Part shown: positions 36,416 to 48,789 of the stretch, in pieces
Layout: every line of letters begins with the position of its first letter
Position numbering within the stretch: the stretch's first letter is position 1
DNA from: Amoebophrya sp. A120
Taxonomy: Eukaryota; Protista; Dinoflagellata
Length of the DNA: 64,000 nt
Direction of reading: 5' to 3'
NCBI GenBank assembly: GCA_905178155.1
Contig: CAJINV010000004.1
Span: 8,764,882 to 8,828,881, forward strand
The notes under the pieces: model-generated
Databases searched by the model: none
What the model saw: the letters and a program-made list of their open reading frames with translations, nothing else
What the model was told of the DNA's origin: nothing
Program-made: the position numbers and the translations under genes

Positions 36416-39402
36416 ATGAATGGAACCGAAGAAAAACCTACACCAAGAAGCCCCGGGAAGCGGAAAAGCGTCGATGGAGAGAATTCTCCCTCGATCCGCC
36501 GGTCACGCCGCAAGTCGGAAGATGATAATCCCGGCTTCCACCACTGTACCCCCACTTCTCTATCAAATGCTAGTAATATGTCCAGGGTTGGAAGGATGCA
36601 AACTTGTCATTCTCTCGTGACAAGAGTGAAAAATCTGTCATGCGTGTCGCGTTACGGCGACTTGCTGCTGTCATGCAAAAATGCGATTTGTCATGCCATG
36701 CGGTTTGCCCAAGAGAGACGTAGTTGTGAAGGAACCCTCCTGCAGAGCGTGCTATAGGACTCTGCGTGTCATCTAGACAAAATTGGCATGCTAAGTATTC
36801 AGACCTAGACATTTTCGCAATGCATATTCTGCTCAGGAAAAAGTACCCAGTTTCAGCGTCGCTGATCATCAGCAGCAGCAGGCGACTTCGGAGCCCCCGA
36901 ACGGGCCGAAAGAGAAAGTGCATGTGGACCATCTACCAGCTAGAACTAAAGCTCCGCTATCAAGTGCAAATATGTCCGGATCTGGAAGATAATTGCAAGG
37001 TTACTCTCTCCTGCAGGATTCGCATGACCCAGAAGGTTTGGAATACATGCTCTAGCATTTTTAAACGCTTTGAGAAGGCTCCTTGATCTCTAATTTGCAT
37101 GACAAACGCTGTTTTCGGATAACCAAAATTATTTGGCACCGTATTTGCTAGTCATGCAGTAAAGATTTTTGTGTCAACCAGCATGACACTTCCAGACCCG
37201 GACATATTTGCACTGGATAGAGTCAGCATTCCCAAATAGAAAGTGGCTCTCCCGACGGAAAATGCCGCAGAGACAGCTTGTCCAACGCTGGAGCAGCAGG
37301 CAAATGGTCGGAAGCGGAGATTATAGGACAGGAGGCGGAGGCTCTATCCCCGAAAGAAACGCTAGCACACCATATCTGCATATGCAAAACTGAATTTACG
37401 AAGCAATACTTACACGAAATTCCGAAATATTCGTTCTGTCTTGCTTAAAAACCACGGTTTGGTCCGCCCATAACATCCCTTCCTCGCATTCTTCTGCATC
37501 ACGGCGAAACATGATGTACTAGCTTTTTTCCATGTGATAGAACGTCAGCAGCGACGACGGGCGCGTCAAGTCGGTGTACTACGAGTCGGTCATCAAGCAC
37601 CGGCGGAACGCAGTGTGGATACTCGCTAAAGAATGGACCGGATCATACAACCTCCACGTGAGAAGGGTAGACTTGCAGTTCTGCCTGAAGTTCTACGAGC
37701 ACGTGTTGCACCAGAACCGCCCCAATGGCGTCACCGACTACGTCCAGTCCATTTTGCGCCCCAGGGACACGCCTTCCAGCCCACAAGCGCTGGTAATCTT
37801 TTGCGGCAGCACTGCGAAGGGCGACATCGAAAGTGTCGAACGGGTCTGCAGGGCGGCGGGGTTACACGAGGGGGCCTTCACGCTTTTGGATGGTGTGCTT
37901 GCTCTTCTCGTGGGGGCGCAGATTAGCGAGCTCAAGGGCGCCCGGGAGCTTCACCGCGGCGTTCGACGCCGGCCGGGACAGGAGTGTCAGCGATGTGGAA
38001 CGGGAGGCCAAAGCGATGACCGATGCTTTTGGCCGTGGAGCTTTCACGCGCCCCTGCAACAAGACCGGGCGCGTCAAGGTGGGTTACACTTACGCCTCGC
38101 CCGACGGGGTGGTCCGCACTGCCACGCTCCGGTACTTCGGCAGCGACACCTTTGACTACGCCGAATTCCGGGAGAAGGTTCTGCTTGGAAACGCCAGCAG
38201 GCTGCGCGCGAGGAAGCCGGGATCGGTGGTTTACCGCTTTGGCACGTGGCGAACGCCAAACGGTGGTGCAGTCGGGAAACCGAAACAATTGCACGACAAG
38301 GTGATGACCGCCATTTCTCTCGACGGGCCGCCAGCCCGCGAATTCTTTGCGGACGCAACGACCGTGGGCTTTCCCAGCAAGGTGGACGCGGAGTGGTACG
38401 TCGTGTTCAAACGCGAGCTGGAGGTGGTGTGCTCGATGCTCGAAGACGTCGTCCTGTCGGAGACGGAGAGTGGTATGGCGATTGAAACGCAGACGGTTTT
38501 GCGGCTGATGGCACAATGGGGAGACTCCAAGCTGAATGACGCGATTTTGGAGCTTCTGTTGAAACTGTGTCTGGACGAGCATCAGGACATGCTGAGCCTC
38601 TCGAAGTCAAATGTGATCTTCGGAATCCTCCTCGAGTGCATCGAGAACAGCGTAGCTGGACTGAGGGACAAGGTCGAGCTGATCCACCCGACCACCATCA
38701 GAAGTACCGACTTGGCTGATAAAGAGGCGCTCCGCCGCTGGTACCATATGCATTGCAAATATCTCCGGGTCTGGAAACTTGTAATGCTGAATGGTCATCA
38801 TGATTGAGTGTGCGTGTGCCTTCAATTGCAGCGGAGCATGAACAGTTTTTCAATCGCTTTCTCCTGCGCAGCACGCATTATTTCGTGACGAGATTGTGGT
38901 GCTTTTGCAGCTCTGTGCAATACAGATTTTTGGTTCATCAACCTTTCCAGACCCAGACATTTTTGCAGGGGATATACCAGGGTGGGCGACGGGGACCGAA
39001 GCCCTGCAACCGGGTTCATGTCATGGGTTCGGTTTTGGAGTATCTCGCATACAAGGAACCCCTGGCAATTGCGGCGCTGGCAATTGCGGCGCTGCTGGCT
39101 CCGTGCTCTTGGCGGAGCGGCACCGGCGTGCTGGGCTTGGTATAGCCACGAGCACCGTCGTCCGCCGCATGGTGGACGATTTCGGGAGGGACCTCCTTGC
39201 TGACGCCAGTACCACCGCATCCCTGCCCGTGAGCGGGCCGAGGGACGACGCCCCTGGCGCAGCCGACCCCGCGGTGTTTGCCGTCGGTCCACCCGAGACC
39301 GAAGCACCGCGTGAATCCGCAGGTACGGGCCCGGCCGCCGAAGCGGCTTCCGCCTCCGCGGTGTTATTGCAGAACCTTTCTACCACACAAAAATCCAAGT
39401 AG
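36416..39402 (+). CDS. Hypothetical multi-exon protein with apparent frameshifts (possible pseudogene)
   Basis: Open frame is restored across TIR elements 36561, 36958 and 38747. ORFs 37574-38155 and 37833-38807 overlap in different frames with no fitting intron. No recognised domain. Confidence 0.55.
36561..36826. mobile_element. Introner family A (diverged)
   Basis: tatcaaatgc...gcaatgcata ends; direct repeat ttctc/ttctg. Removal opens frame TPTS-xQEKVPSF. Confidence 0.82.
36958..37219. mobile_element. Introner family A with intact TIR but no matching direct repeat
   Basis: TIR tatcaagtgcaaatatgtccggatctggaag / cttccagacccggacatatttgcactggata; flanks tccgc/gagtc. Removing element+5 nt still gives open frame KAP-QHSQIES. 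Confidence 0.85.
37373..37539. mobile_element. Possible old introner / non-canonical intron
   Basis: tatc...gata ends between two open exons; weak TIR, no direct repeat. Confidence 0.4.
38747..38974. mobile_element. Introner family A, subfamily 3 (opposite orientation to the 20067 copy)
   Basis: TIR with gggtctggaaa core; perfect direct repeat tacca. Removal gives RRWYQGG. Confidence 0.9.
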
Positions 39403-39711
39403 ACCCGTACCGTGTTCGAATACTACACTCGCATTGCATGTCTGTTTCAGTGTTTATGTTAGGATACGACAAAAATAAAGATTTGTTTTGGGCTGTTGAG
39501 TATGACTGTGTTTCAAGACGCTTTTGCTTGTCTTTTTTTTTATCTTGCATGACAGACAATGTGCTCTCGCGTCCGCATGGGGCTGCAGAGAGCGTTTCTT
39601 ATGACAGCAAAACACCGGCCAAATGAATTTACTTTTTCTATATTGATTCTTTTATGCAAGATGCATTATGTTGGTTAGGATTACGGTTTGGGCTTACTTT
39701 TCCGTAGCATA

Positions 39712-41114
39712 CTTGCACAGTGCATGGCGCGTTGGACTCTGGCACTTGCAGCCCTGAAGGAGCAGGAGCTTGCGCGGATCACCAGTTCTCCGGACGGTTC
39801 TGACGAACATAGAATGGCTTCCGCGGCGAATGCGACTGAGGTGCACCAAGTGAACATGCAACTGTTGCAGGACTGGAACGCGATAGTGGCTGAACACATG
39901 AGGTTTCTAGCCTTATTTTCATTTTTATTCCAATATGTCAGTCGTGCTCATGTCATGATGAATGCGGATGGGCTTGGGTACTTATGCACTTTACTCAGTT
40001 TCTGTTTCACTGTTCAAAGAGGATCGTTTCCATATGACCTTCCAGGTACTCACGTCCCGATCTACTTGACCTCCTGCTACAGCACGGCGTTTTGGGAACG
40101 CCGTATGACCCGTCCTGGTATCTGCACTGCAGTGGCGCCTCGTCGGGAAGGTGTTCACTTCTACGCATTTTCACCCACATCGATTAAAGTAGAAATATTG
40201 ATATTCATAGTCGTCGTGCGCGGGTTTTATATTTTTTATGTTTTTCTGATTTTCATCATGTGCACCACGGAGAATCGGAACAAAACAGGCCGACTCTCGC
40301 GGACTGCTTTACGTACTTGGAGGCTGACGCGACGACGGAGAAAAATCTGGTTCCGGTCATTAAAGCGTTTGCCTGCATTCGGATGCCACCGGGCTGGACC
40401 GCGCACAACGATCTGAGTTTGCGTCGGTGCTTCTCCAATCTGTCACTCCAAGTGATCCAGTGCTGGAAGCATCCCTTTTACGACCACTTCGTGCAGCTGG
40501 TGAACTGCGAACGGTACGGCAGCCTCATACAGCAGCACTACCCGGAAATTGGTGACGCCATCGTATCAAAAGAGAACAAGTGCACCCATACCGTGTTCGA
40601 AATCCTTCGTCATCTCACTACCTTGTCATTGTACAGAAATTTGTTCGCCTCTATCTGAGGGTTACTCGGCATTTCATTTGCAGCCTCTGCCTTCTTGCAT
40701 TAAAATAGAACCACCTGTTTTGCCAGCTCATTCGCAGGAAAATTTCGTATAGTGGCACAAAAAAGCACCTACATGCAAATCATTTTGAATATGGTATGCT
40801 CCTCTTCACTGGGATACATTGAGCAGGACGCCCTTCCGAAATTCGACGACTGCGTCAACCAGCTTCCATTGCACTACTACAGTGGCGTGCGACAACTGGC
40901 CGATGCGCTTGACATCCACCTACAAGCTGCTCCGATCACGGTAGGGGAAATCTACGAAAACCTGATCGAGATCACTCGCGTTGGGTTGCCGCACGCAGCA
41001 GTGGTGACTACTGCGGTGAAGATATTTTTAGGGGCAGAGTTTAACCGAAGAGGAGGGTTTGCGAAATCAGGAGCACAGCGACCCGAAGTCACGGGACCAT
41101 TTTGCGTGCACTAA
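39712..41114 (+). CDS. Multi-exon protein with a divergent CEP164-type WW domain; 5' end uncertain
   Basis: TYLEADATTEKNLVPVIKAFACIRMPPGW...FSN...WKHPFYDHFVQLVNCER follows the CEP164 N-terminal pattern (D..E..L, LP..W, W.HP, LV..ER). GT-AG intron at 39903-40045; TIR intron at 40564. Confidence 0.55.
40564..40816. mobile_element. Diverged introner
   Basis: tatc...gata ends; subterminal IR cataccgtgttcgaaat / attttgaatatggtatg; direct repeat catcg/cattg. Removal gives GDAI-EQDALPKF. Confidence 0.8.
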
Positions 41115-43247
41115 AAAGCCTATTGTACAAGTTTTGTTTTTGTATTCGAACCTGGTTTCTTATTCTTTTTGTTTCGGGTAGATTCAATTCCGTTTCAGAT
41201 CGGACCTTCCAAAGGAAATACAGGGGTAATGCACGCTTGCTGTTTCGCTTTGCATTTACTGAAATTTGAATTGAAGGGCTTCCACCTACTTTTTTGTAAA
41301 GTAGAATTCCGCTGCATGTCGTCTTCGAACGAGATACCCAAATACTGCTAGGCTAAAATTGCAGAGGATGCCGTTGGGACAGACTTGTAAGATTTAATCA
41401 AATTGTGGTTTTAAACGTTGTGACCGTCTTCTTAGTAAATTTTATCAACGCATTACCCGCTGGCGGAGCGAGGACTGCTTCTGCTATGAGGGAATTTTCG
41501 CTGTGCCTGGGCTATGCTGATTCCGATACTTTGTGATTCCGATACTTTGTAGAAGACTTGCCGTGCAACAGATCATTTGTATCTTGTTTCCCGCCACCGC
41601 CGCCTCTGGGGAAAGGAACAATGGTGAAAATGCATGGTTTATTGGGACAGCTTTTACCTGTACTTCAGAACTAGCAAGTGGTCTGACTGTGAGCAATTTG
41701 AAATGTTTTTTTTGCGTTCAGCAAAAAGTTTCAAATTCAATTTTGATTTTTTTGCAATGCGCTAAACAATCATGTTACCGACTCGTCTGAAGATGAAGCG
41801 AGCACACAATTGACTTTTTTGCAATGTGTACTACTAATGTTTTGTGCCTGTACCAAAGAGTCACTGAGAGATCGTTCCCCACGATTTTTGCCGGGTATTT
41901 TTGTTGACGTCCAGATTTTCCTATTACCGGACTTCGATATTCCCAGAAAGGACTGCAGACTACTAGCAAATGACAATTTTTTCTTCAGCCTTTTTCTTTC
42001 GCCAAAAACAGAAGAAATGCCCAACTTTCACTTTTCAAAACATCTACAGACTGTTTCTGTTTCGCGACGCGTTTCGTTTTTCTGAACTTTGATTCTTTAT
42101 ATTGCATTTTGCAATCAATGAACATGAACAGCGAGAACGAACGACAAGAAAATTGTTCGTGTGCCTTTCCTGTCAAGTCGCTGAGAGCATTTCGCCCGGC
42201 AGATTCTTCGTATGTTCGCTCAAGAAAACTTGCAGGAGCTCTCGTCCGGCTCGAGGGTGCACCTGCGGCTGCTCAGTCACTGCCAGCTAGTATGGATCGG
42301 CTCCTGGTCTGCCCTGTCGCTCCCGTGTTCTTTTCGTGGCGGTTTTTTTCTCGTGGAAATGCCAATTTTTCGCAAGCTTAAGAGAGATGGCCGCACTAAG
42401 CAGTGCGCGAGCGCATGCGCGATACCTCACGTGGGCATTGCGTTTATTCCTGCCGTCTTATATGCAGCCAATTAGGAAGCCGAAGCTCTTGAACCCTGCC
42501 TTCGTGAGATGAAACTCGTGTACTTAGTCGCGTCTAGAAACATAGACTTTGTGAGATTCTTTCTCCCGTTCGTCGGTCGGTCGTTAAGACTTTCCGCCAG
42601 CACGTTGTATTTCGTTTCCGTATAAAGAACTCCGGAAAAATAAAGAATTGAAAACCCTTTTTGGCGTCACTTCATCGTCTGTGCGTGCATCACCTTGCTT
42701 CATCGTGCGTGGTAAGCTTGTCTGCATACTGACGTCGTTCGACCCAATGCCCGACCACGGGGTCTGTCGGTTAATCGTACGAACGTTGCAAAACACCGCT
42801 TGCTTACGTTGAAGCCTCGTTGCGTCGTTCTCGTTTGTAAATGAGAAAGGGCACTATCACTAAAGTCGGGTAATTGAAATTGTTTTCTACTTCACTGACC
42901 GTTCGCTGGTATCGTGATAAAGTATTTATTTCAAAGGTAGAAGCAAGTTCTTTTTCATGAAGAAGCCGAAGCAACCCACCAACTCATCAATCAGAAACCG
43001 ACTGACCACCCCCCTCGCTGCCCTTTCGAGTAGGTAGAATTTTTCGCAAAACTGAGTCACAATCCCAACAAGCGAACAAGAGACAATCCTGTTGGCCCGT
43101 TTACCGCTAAAAATACCTCGGAAAATAAATCTTCGCAAAACCGTCGCAAGGGTCTGCGTCCTCTTCGTTTGTTTCGCTCGTCGGTATCGATAGAACTAGG
43201 TCGAATAATCTAAAAAGAAAAACCAGAGAACTTCTACCCACACCACA

Positions 43248-45577
43248 ATGTCGTCCGTATTTCCGTTGGAGAACAATGCCGCGTCCGCTCGTGTGGCACC
43301 GGGTGTGGAACGGGACAACGAGATTATTGTGAACGACGTCTGCTTGATGTTCCGGGGAGATGATGTTGATGACGATGATCATCCTGGTTCTGAACTACAC
43401 GACCGCAAGAAAAACTCCGAGCTGCGCCGCGGCTCTCGGCCGACGTTGGGCGGCGGATCCATTGCTGGTGGTGCAGTCGTCTTGCTGGGTTGTTCCCTCA
43501 GCAACCTGGTACAGCCGGGCTACGGCTACACGGCCACGATCTTGAAGCACAAAGAACACCGGAAGATGAAGCATTCTGGAGCGCCTATTGCGGGTCGCCC
43601 CGGCAACATCGCAACTGAACGTCGCCGGCATGACGCTGGAGCTGGTGCTGCCTCGTCGAATGTCTTGCTTCAGCTTTTCACGAAGAAACAGCGGAAGAAG
43701 GAGAAGGCCGGCTGTGCGCCACCCGAGTCGGCAACGCCGCTCCCAAACCTTCCAATTGTTGCGGGCGGAGACGCCAGCGTGCAGGAGGCGGAGCTCCACA
43801 CCAGCGGAGGCGGAGACGGAGAAACAATGGGCGGTGCGTCATCGGATGAGCGGCGGGCTGATAAAGCTGCTGCACAGGGGGAAGCGACTTCTGAAGCACC
43901 AGAGCCGGTGGCCCCTTCTGAAGCGATTTCTGAAGCGACTTCTTCTAGTACCCCAGCCCCCCCTACTGCCGCGAGTACCACCACGACAACCACAACAACG
44001 ACTGAAGTTAATCTCTGTAATTTTCCCGTGGGGCAAACATGTGACTGTCAGCTCGTTCTTAATAGGGAGGGTGCAGAGCCTGAAGTATCCATAGCGTGCC
44101 AAATCTCTCCCACATCGCTCCGGAAGTACTTTTTTCCAACAAGCCTGCCCTCACACACTCCGCTCTTCGGCCACGACTTTGGTCTACGGGTATGGATTTG
44201 TAGTCGCAAGGTGACGGCGTTTGCTTGTTGCATCTTAGGACATAAAGAAAACAATATACATCAATAGCAACAACGCAGCGCGACGGAAGGTCGTCGCGAT
44301 TCTCGTATACCGACCCAGCAGGAACTACTACAGGCCTCAGTATCTACACACTGGTCGTCCGCAGGCAGCTTGTACATGTTGTTCGGCCGCCTTCCAAGTT
44401 CTCTTGACTTTTATACTTGCGCCTGCTTTTCGAAAAGGAAAACCGTAAAAAGTTTGTATATTACCGCCAACGACCTCAACGTTTTCGGTTTTCATGATTG
44501 ACGGTACTACAACCTGGTTGAATCTTCACGTGACAGAAATAATCACGCTGCTCGCTCCTGCTTAGAACAAACTACCCGGATTACCAGATGATGGGGAGCA
44601 TTTACACATGCATACAGCGCCGACGGACACTACAACCCGTTGGTTGAGGTGGGACTCAAAAAAGACTTTGACTCCGTGGCACCAGCGAGCGGTTCTGCTA
44701 CTTGCTACTCCCAACCAGGTGTGACGGTGAAGGGTTCCATATCGAAAGGAACAGAGTTTTCTCCCTGCTCATCATGCCAAAATCCTAACAGATAGCATGC
44801 CGGATGTCTACTTTTCTATTTCTACTGAAGGAACTGGAACCGCCCCAAGCGGATGTTTTGCAGATGGTCTCCTGTTGATTAAAATCAATCCTTTCTGGTT
44901 GTTTCCGCTGCTCTTGCTTCCCGTGTAAAAGAAAACGACTTAAGTATGCAACGTGCTGACAAAGCTGCTGAGTATCGGCTCGCCAAGAATGATCAACGCC
45001 GTGACAACAAGGGTTCGCTTGGAAGGGCATGGGGATGAAGGAGAATTTTTTCTCACGAGAATCCGGATCGAACGACATTAAGCCGGGAGCGTTCACAATT
45101 TTAAACAACGTGTGCAAGCAGCTGTGCGAGGAGACCAATTACTGTGAGTTCTACTCCGTCGGCGAGGACAGTAGCCTTTTGGAGGATGAATTTCCTTGCA
45201 AGCTTTTCACGGGGTGTGACAAGCCCGTGAACTCCCCGAGTCTCTGGTCTTACTACTACAACCCGCAAGCAACATCTTCTTACGGCGAGCAAATTTGCCG
45301 CATTCCTGGCGAGCCGAAAAACCGGCGTAGAACTCGGAACCACGACGAAACGAGGCGAGCGACGCACAGAAACGATGAAGAGGGGGGACTTAATCATGGT
45401 TTTCAAGAAAGTGCAAAAGCGCAACAGGCAAAATCAAAACGCATATCAAAGCCGAGAGAAGTGCTTGACTATTTCTCTTGCGATGTATTCGTCCGTTATT
45501 CCCTCCGTTCTTCCCCCTTGTTGCGTTGTTGTCAATTAATTTGTATTTTCAGACCACAGTGCAAAAACAAATTTTAG
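43248..45577 (+). CDS. Putative surface/secreted protein: hydrophobic segment, Thr-rich linker, Cys-rich and PAN/apple-like domain; internal exons unresolved
   Basis: IAGGAVVLLGCSL hydrophobic stretch, STTTTTTTT linker, and CKQLCEETNYCEFYS...CKLFTGC with Cys spacing typical of PAN/apple modules. Confidence 0.5.
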
Positions 45578-48208
45578 AACTCCGTATTCCTTTTTATTTT
45601 TTCCCTACGCTACGTAAATGTAAATGTAAAACTAAAAGTATGATGAATTCGAACCACCCATTTCCTTCGTCTCGTCCCCCGTTCATAATTTACACAGTTT
45701 TTGATCGTGTGTCCTTTTTTTTCGATTTCGAGCCATATGAATATATCTTTTGGACCGATCCTGCAGCACCGTATCATCGTCAGTGAGTATCAGCACCGAA
45801 AACACAAGCGCATTTTCACATGGAACGTAGTGAATCTCACCTCATCGCATGCAGGATCATCATCAGAACAAAGGACAGACCGCAACGTTTTATATTCTTT
45901 TTGAAGGTTTTCGTTTTAATTTTCCGTTTTCATGATGACAAGTTTTTTTTTTTGGTGGAAAAACGGATCCGCAACAGCGTGCGTCTCGCAAGTTTGTTCT
46001 TACATTAATGTTCTTCGTTCCCGACATGGCGTTTTGTGTTTTGTCGTGTTTACGCACCAGTCTCAGAGGAGTCCTTAAGCTCGGCCTTCGTCAGGAAGTC
46101 TCGTATTTAGTCGTGGTAGAAACTACAGAGATTTTTTACGATTATTTCTCCCGTTCGTAAGCAGGTCGTCACGGCAGCTTCTCGCCCGCACTGCCAGGCG
46201 TGCATCGTATTCTGTCTCCGTTAGCAGAGAAATACGTGAAAATTTCAGAACCCTCCTGACTTCCCTGCAGTACCGTCGTTTCGTCTTTTCGTACACCTTC
46301 ATCGTGCGTGGCAACATTGTCTACTAGTACGTCCTCGTACCAGAAATTTATTGCGCATCTATTTAGAAGTTTTTGTCCAGACATGTCACACAGCCAGAAA
46401 TACACCCTTTCGTGCAACCGTCTCGTATTCGTTGGTCTCTTCCGTTGCTCCGACGCATTTTTCTGTAACCAAGACTTCCTCTCTTGTTCTTCCTACTCCT
46501 TCTTTTTGCAATAATACCACGCAACAGGGCGCTTTTTTTCTATACTAGAGGTACCCCCTTGATACCGTGTAATATAGAAGGTAAGGTAGAAAAAAGCCCA
46601 AGGGCAGCCGCGCGTCTTCAGCTTACTTTTTTCAAAATTGCAACGTACTTTGACAGACAGTATTTCTACTTTGCGACAGCATCTTCAGACTCAGATATGC
46701 TGACATTGATATTTGATAGCCCCGAATCAACAAGCTAAGCCTGTCCCTTTACAGTCAGTACGCAACTCATGGCAACAAGAAGCACCCTGAAGTGAGGTCG
46801 CTTTCCGGAATGCTGGTCTCGGTTGCAGGAGGTCCGGCCGATTCATTTTTCCGCTAGGGAGATCGCCTTCCTGACCGAAGCCCGCAGTGACGGCCGCGCT
46901 GTGTTCAGCGATGCAGCAGTGTAACAGCACCGGTATTCGCCCATCATGCGGCAGTTTCGCCTAGAAAATTGCAGATTTGAAAGCGACAGTGGCTCGAGCG
47001 CATCTCTCCTGTATTGCCGTTCTGCAGGACGTCGAGAGCGACCCACCAGCGGAAACTGCGAGTTCGTGACCAGGCACGTAAGAACCCTGTCAGCCCGAGC
47101 TCAACGAGTTGCAGGGACATCCAGTTCCGATGCCTCCGAACCAGCGGCTTATTTTTCAGCAAGAATCACGCGTCAGACACGACTTGCTCGTTGTGATGGT
47201 TCACCTGGCGTCGCCGCACTCGCGCCGGCACTTTCCCACGCCAGTCACAAGAAAAAATAGGGCAAAAGAAAGGAAAAGAAAAAATCAGAAAAGAACATCC
47301 AACAATGGCCCATGGAAAAAAAAGAAAAAGAAAAAAGAAATCGAAAAGAAAAAAGTCGAAAAAGAGAAAAGAAAAATAAGTGACAGTGGCAATGTGGAGG
47401 TCTGGTTTCGGGATGCAGCGGGAACTGCAAAAAAGTCGTCTGTGAAGATGGAAGGCGATGCAGGAGCGAGGCCCCAGAGGTGCAATTTGAAGCTCCGACA
47501 GCGGTCCCTGTAACAGTTTGTCCGTGGCAGCTTTCTCGCACCTGCTTCTGGAGGACACAAGTCGGGTGCGGCACTGGCACGTACGGTAGCCAACACTGGA
47601 TGCTGCATCCGTCGGCAGGCGTCGTTGCAAAATGGAGTTGATGCACGATGTAGATCAATACGTCACACAGCCAGAGACCCCTGAGGAGACGGCGATGCGA
47701 CTGGTTTTTTCCGAGATTTAGTTGTGCGCGTTCATCCGAACACGACAGCCCTCTAACGGAGATACCGAGAGCAACAGCATCGTCAGCGGCAGAAGCAACT
47801 TCTACTGCTGGCCATCTCCGAGCAAAGCAGAACCCTGCTTGAGGCTTTCCTGTGACGTTTCAACCGAGCGTCTTCGACAGTATTCGTGGAAAAGAAGCGG
47901 CAACAGTGAACACAATATCTGTAGTCCTACTGTCGGACCGAGGACAATGCGGACCACGCCATGTATTCATGCGACACGCGGTCTGCGGCGTCGGCCCAGG
48001 ATGAGCCTTTGCTATGGGGAGTAGTGAAGGACGTCCTTTGCGGTTGTACGTAATTCCACTTCCGGCTATGCGAGGGGAAACAAGTTGTAGAATGCGACGC
48101 AAATTGAAGGCAGCACACGGAGCAGTTCTGCGAAAACACTGGCTTCGCGACAACGCCTTCTATCTAGGCATCGCGCTTTTGCACTAGCACTGCGCCAGCC
48201 TTCGACGT

Positions 48209-48362
48209 TAGCCTTCCCGACCGTAGGAAGTGCTTGACGCTTTTGGACCAGCAGTGCGGCGGGCACAGTCAGCCTTCCCGACCGTAGGAAGCGCTCGACC
48301 TAACGCACAACCGGCGCAGCGGGCACCTGCAGTCAGCCTTCCCGACCGTAGGAAGCGCTCGG
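48209..48362. repeat. Three copies of a 25-bp hairpin unit agccttcccgaccgtaggaagcgct
   Basis: Copies at ~48210, 48271 and 48335; stem cttcc/ggaag. Confidence 0.8.
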
Positions 48363-48789
48363 AAAAAGGTGCGGGCCCTGAAATTAAAGAAGCGGTGCGG
48401 CCGGTATCGGTACCCGCTGAACGCGAGGACAGAAGGAGGAGAAGCAGCTGCGGATACGCAACAAAAAGCCGCGATTGCCTTGTCGGTAACCACACCGCAA
48501 AGCACCGGGATGGCACGAGGAGGGGCAGCAGTTGATCGATAGCCAGAGGGGGAGCACGAGGGGGAGCAGCGTGCTGACACTTCGATAACCACGTCGTGAA
48601 GATGGCCCGGGTGAGGATCCTGCGAGCGTCCTGTCGGTAGTAACTACACCGCGGGGCGAAGGGAAAAGAGGAGCAGCAGCTGTGCTTACGCCAGACGGCT
48701 TTATGCTGTTGCTGGTTTATTACAACGGAATAGTAAAGAGGCGCAAGAACAATCATCAGCGACCCCGATCTTCAGCTGCTGAGGAGGCT

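Noticed and set aside
47250-47385. Lys-rich ORF 47109-47513
   Set aside because: Arises from an A/G-rich low-complexity tract.
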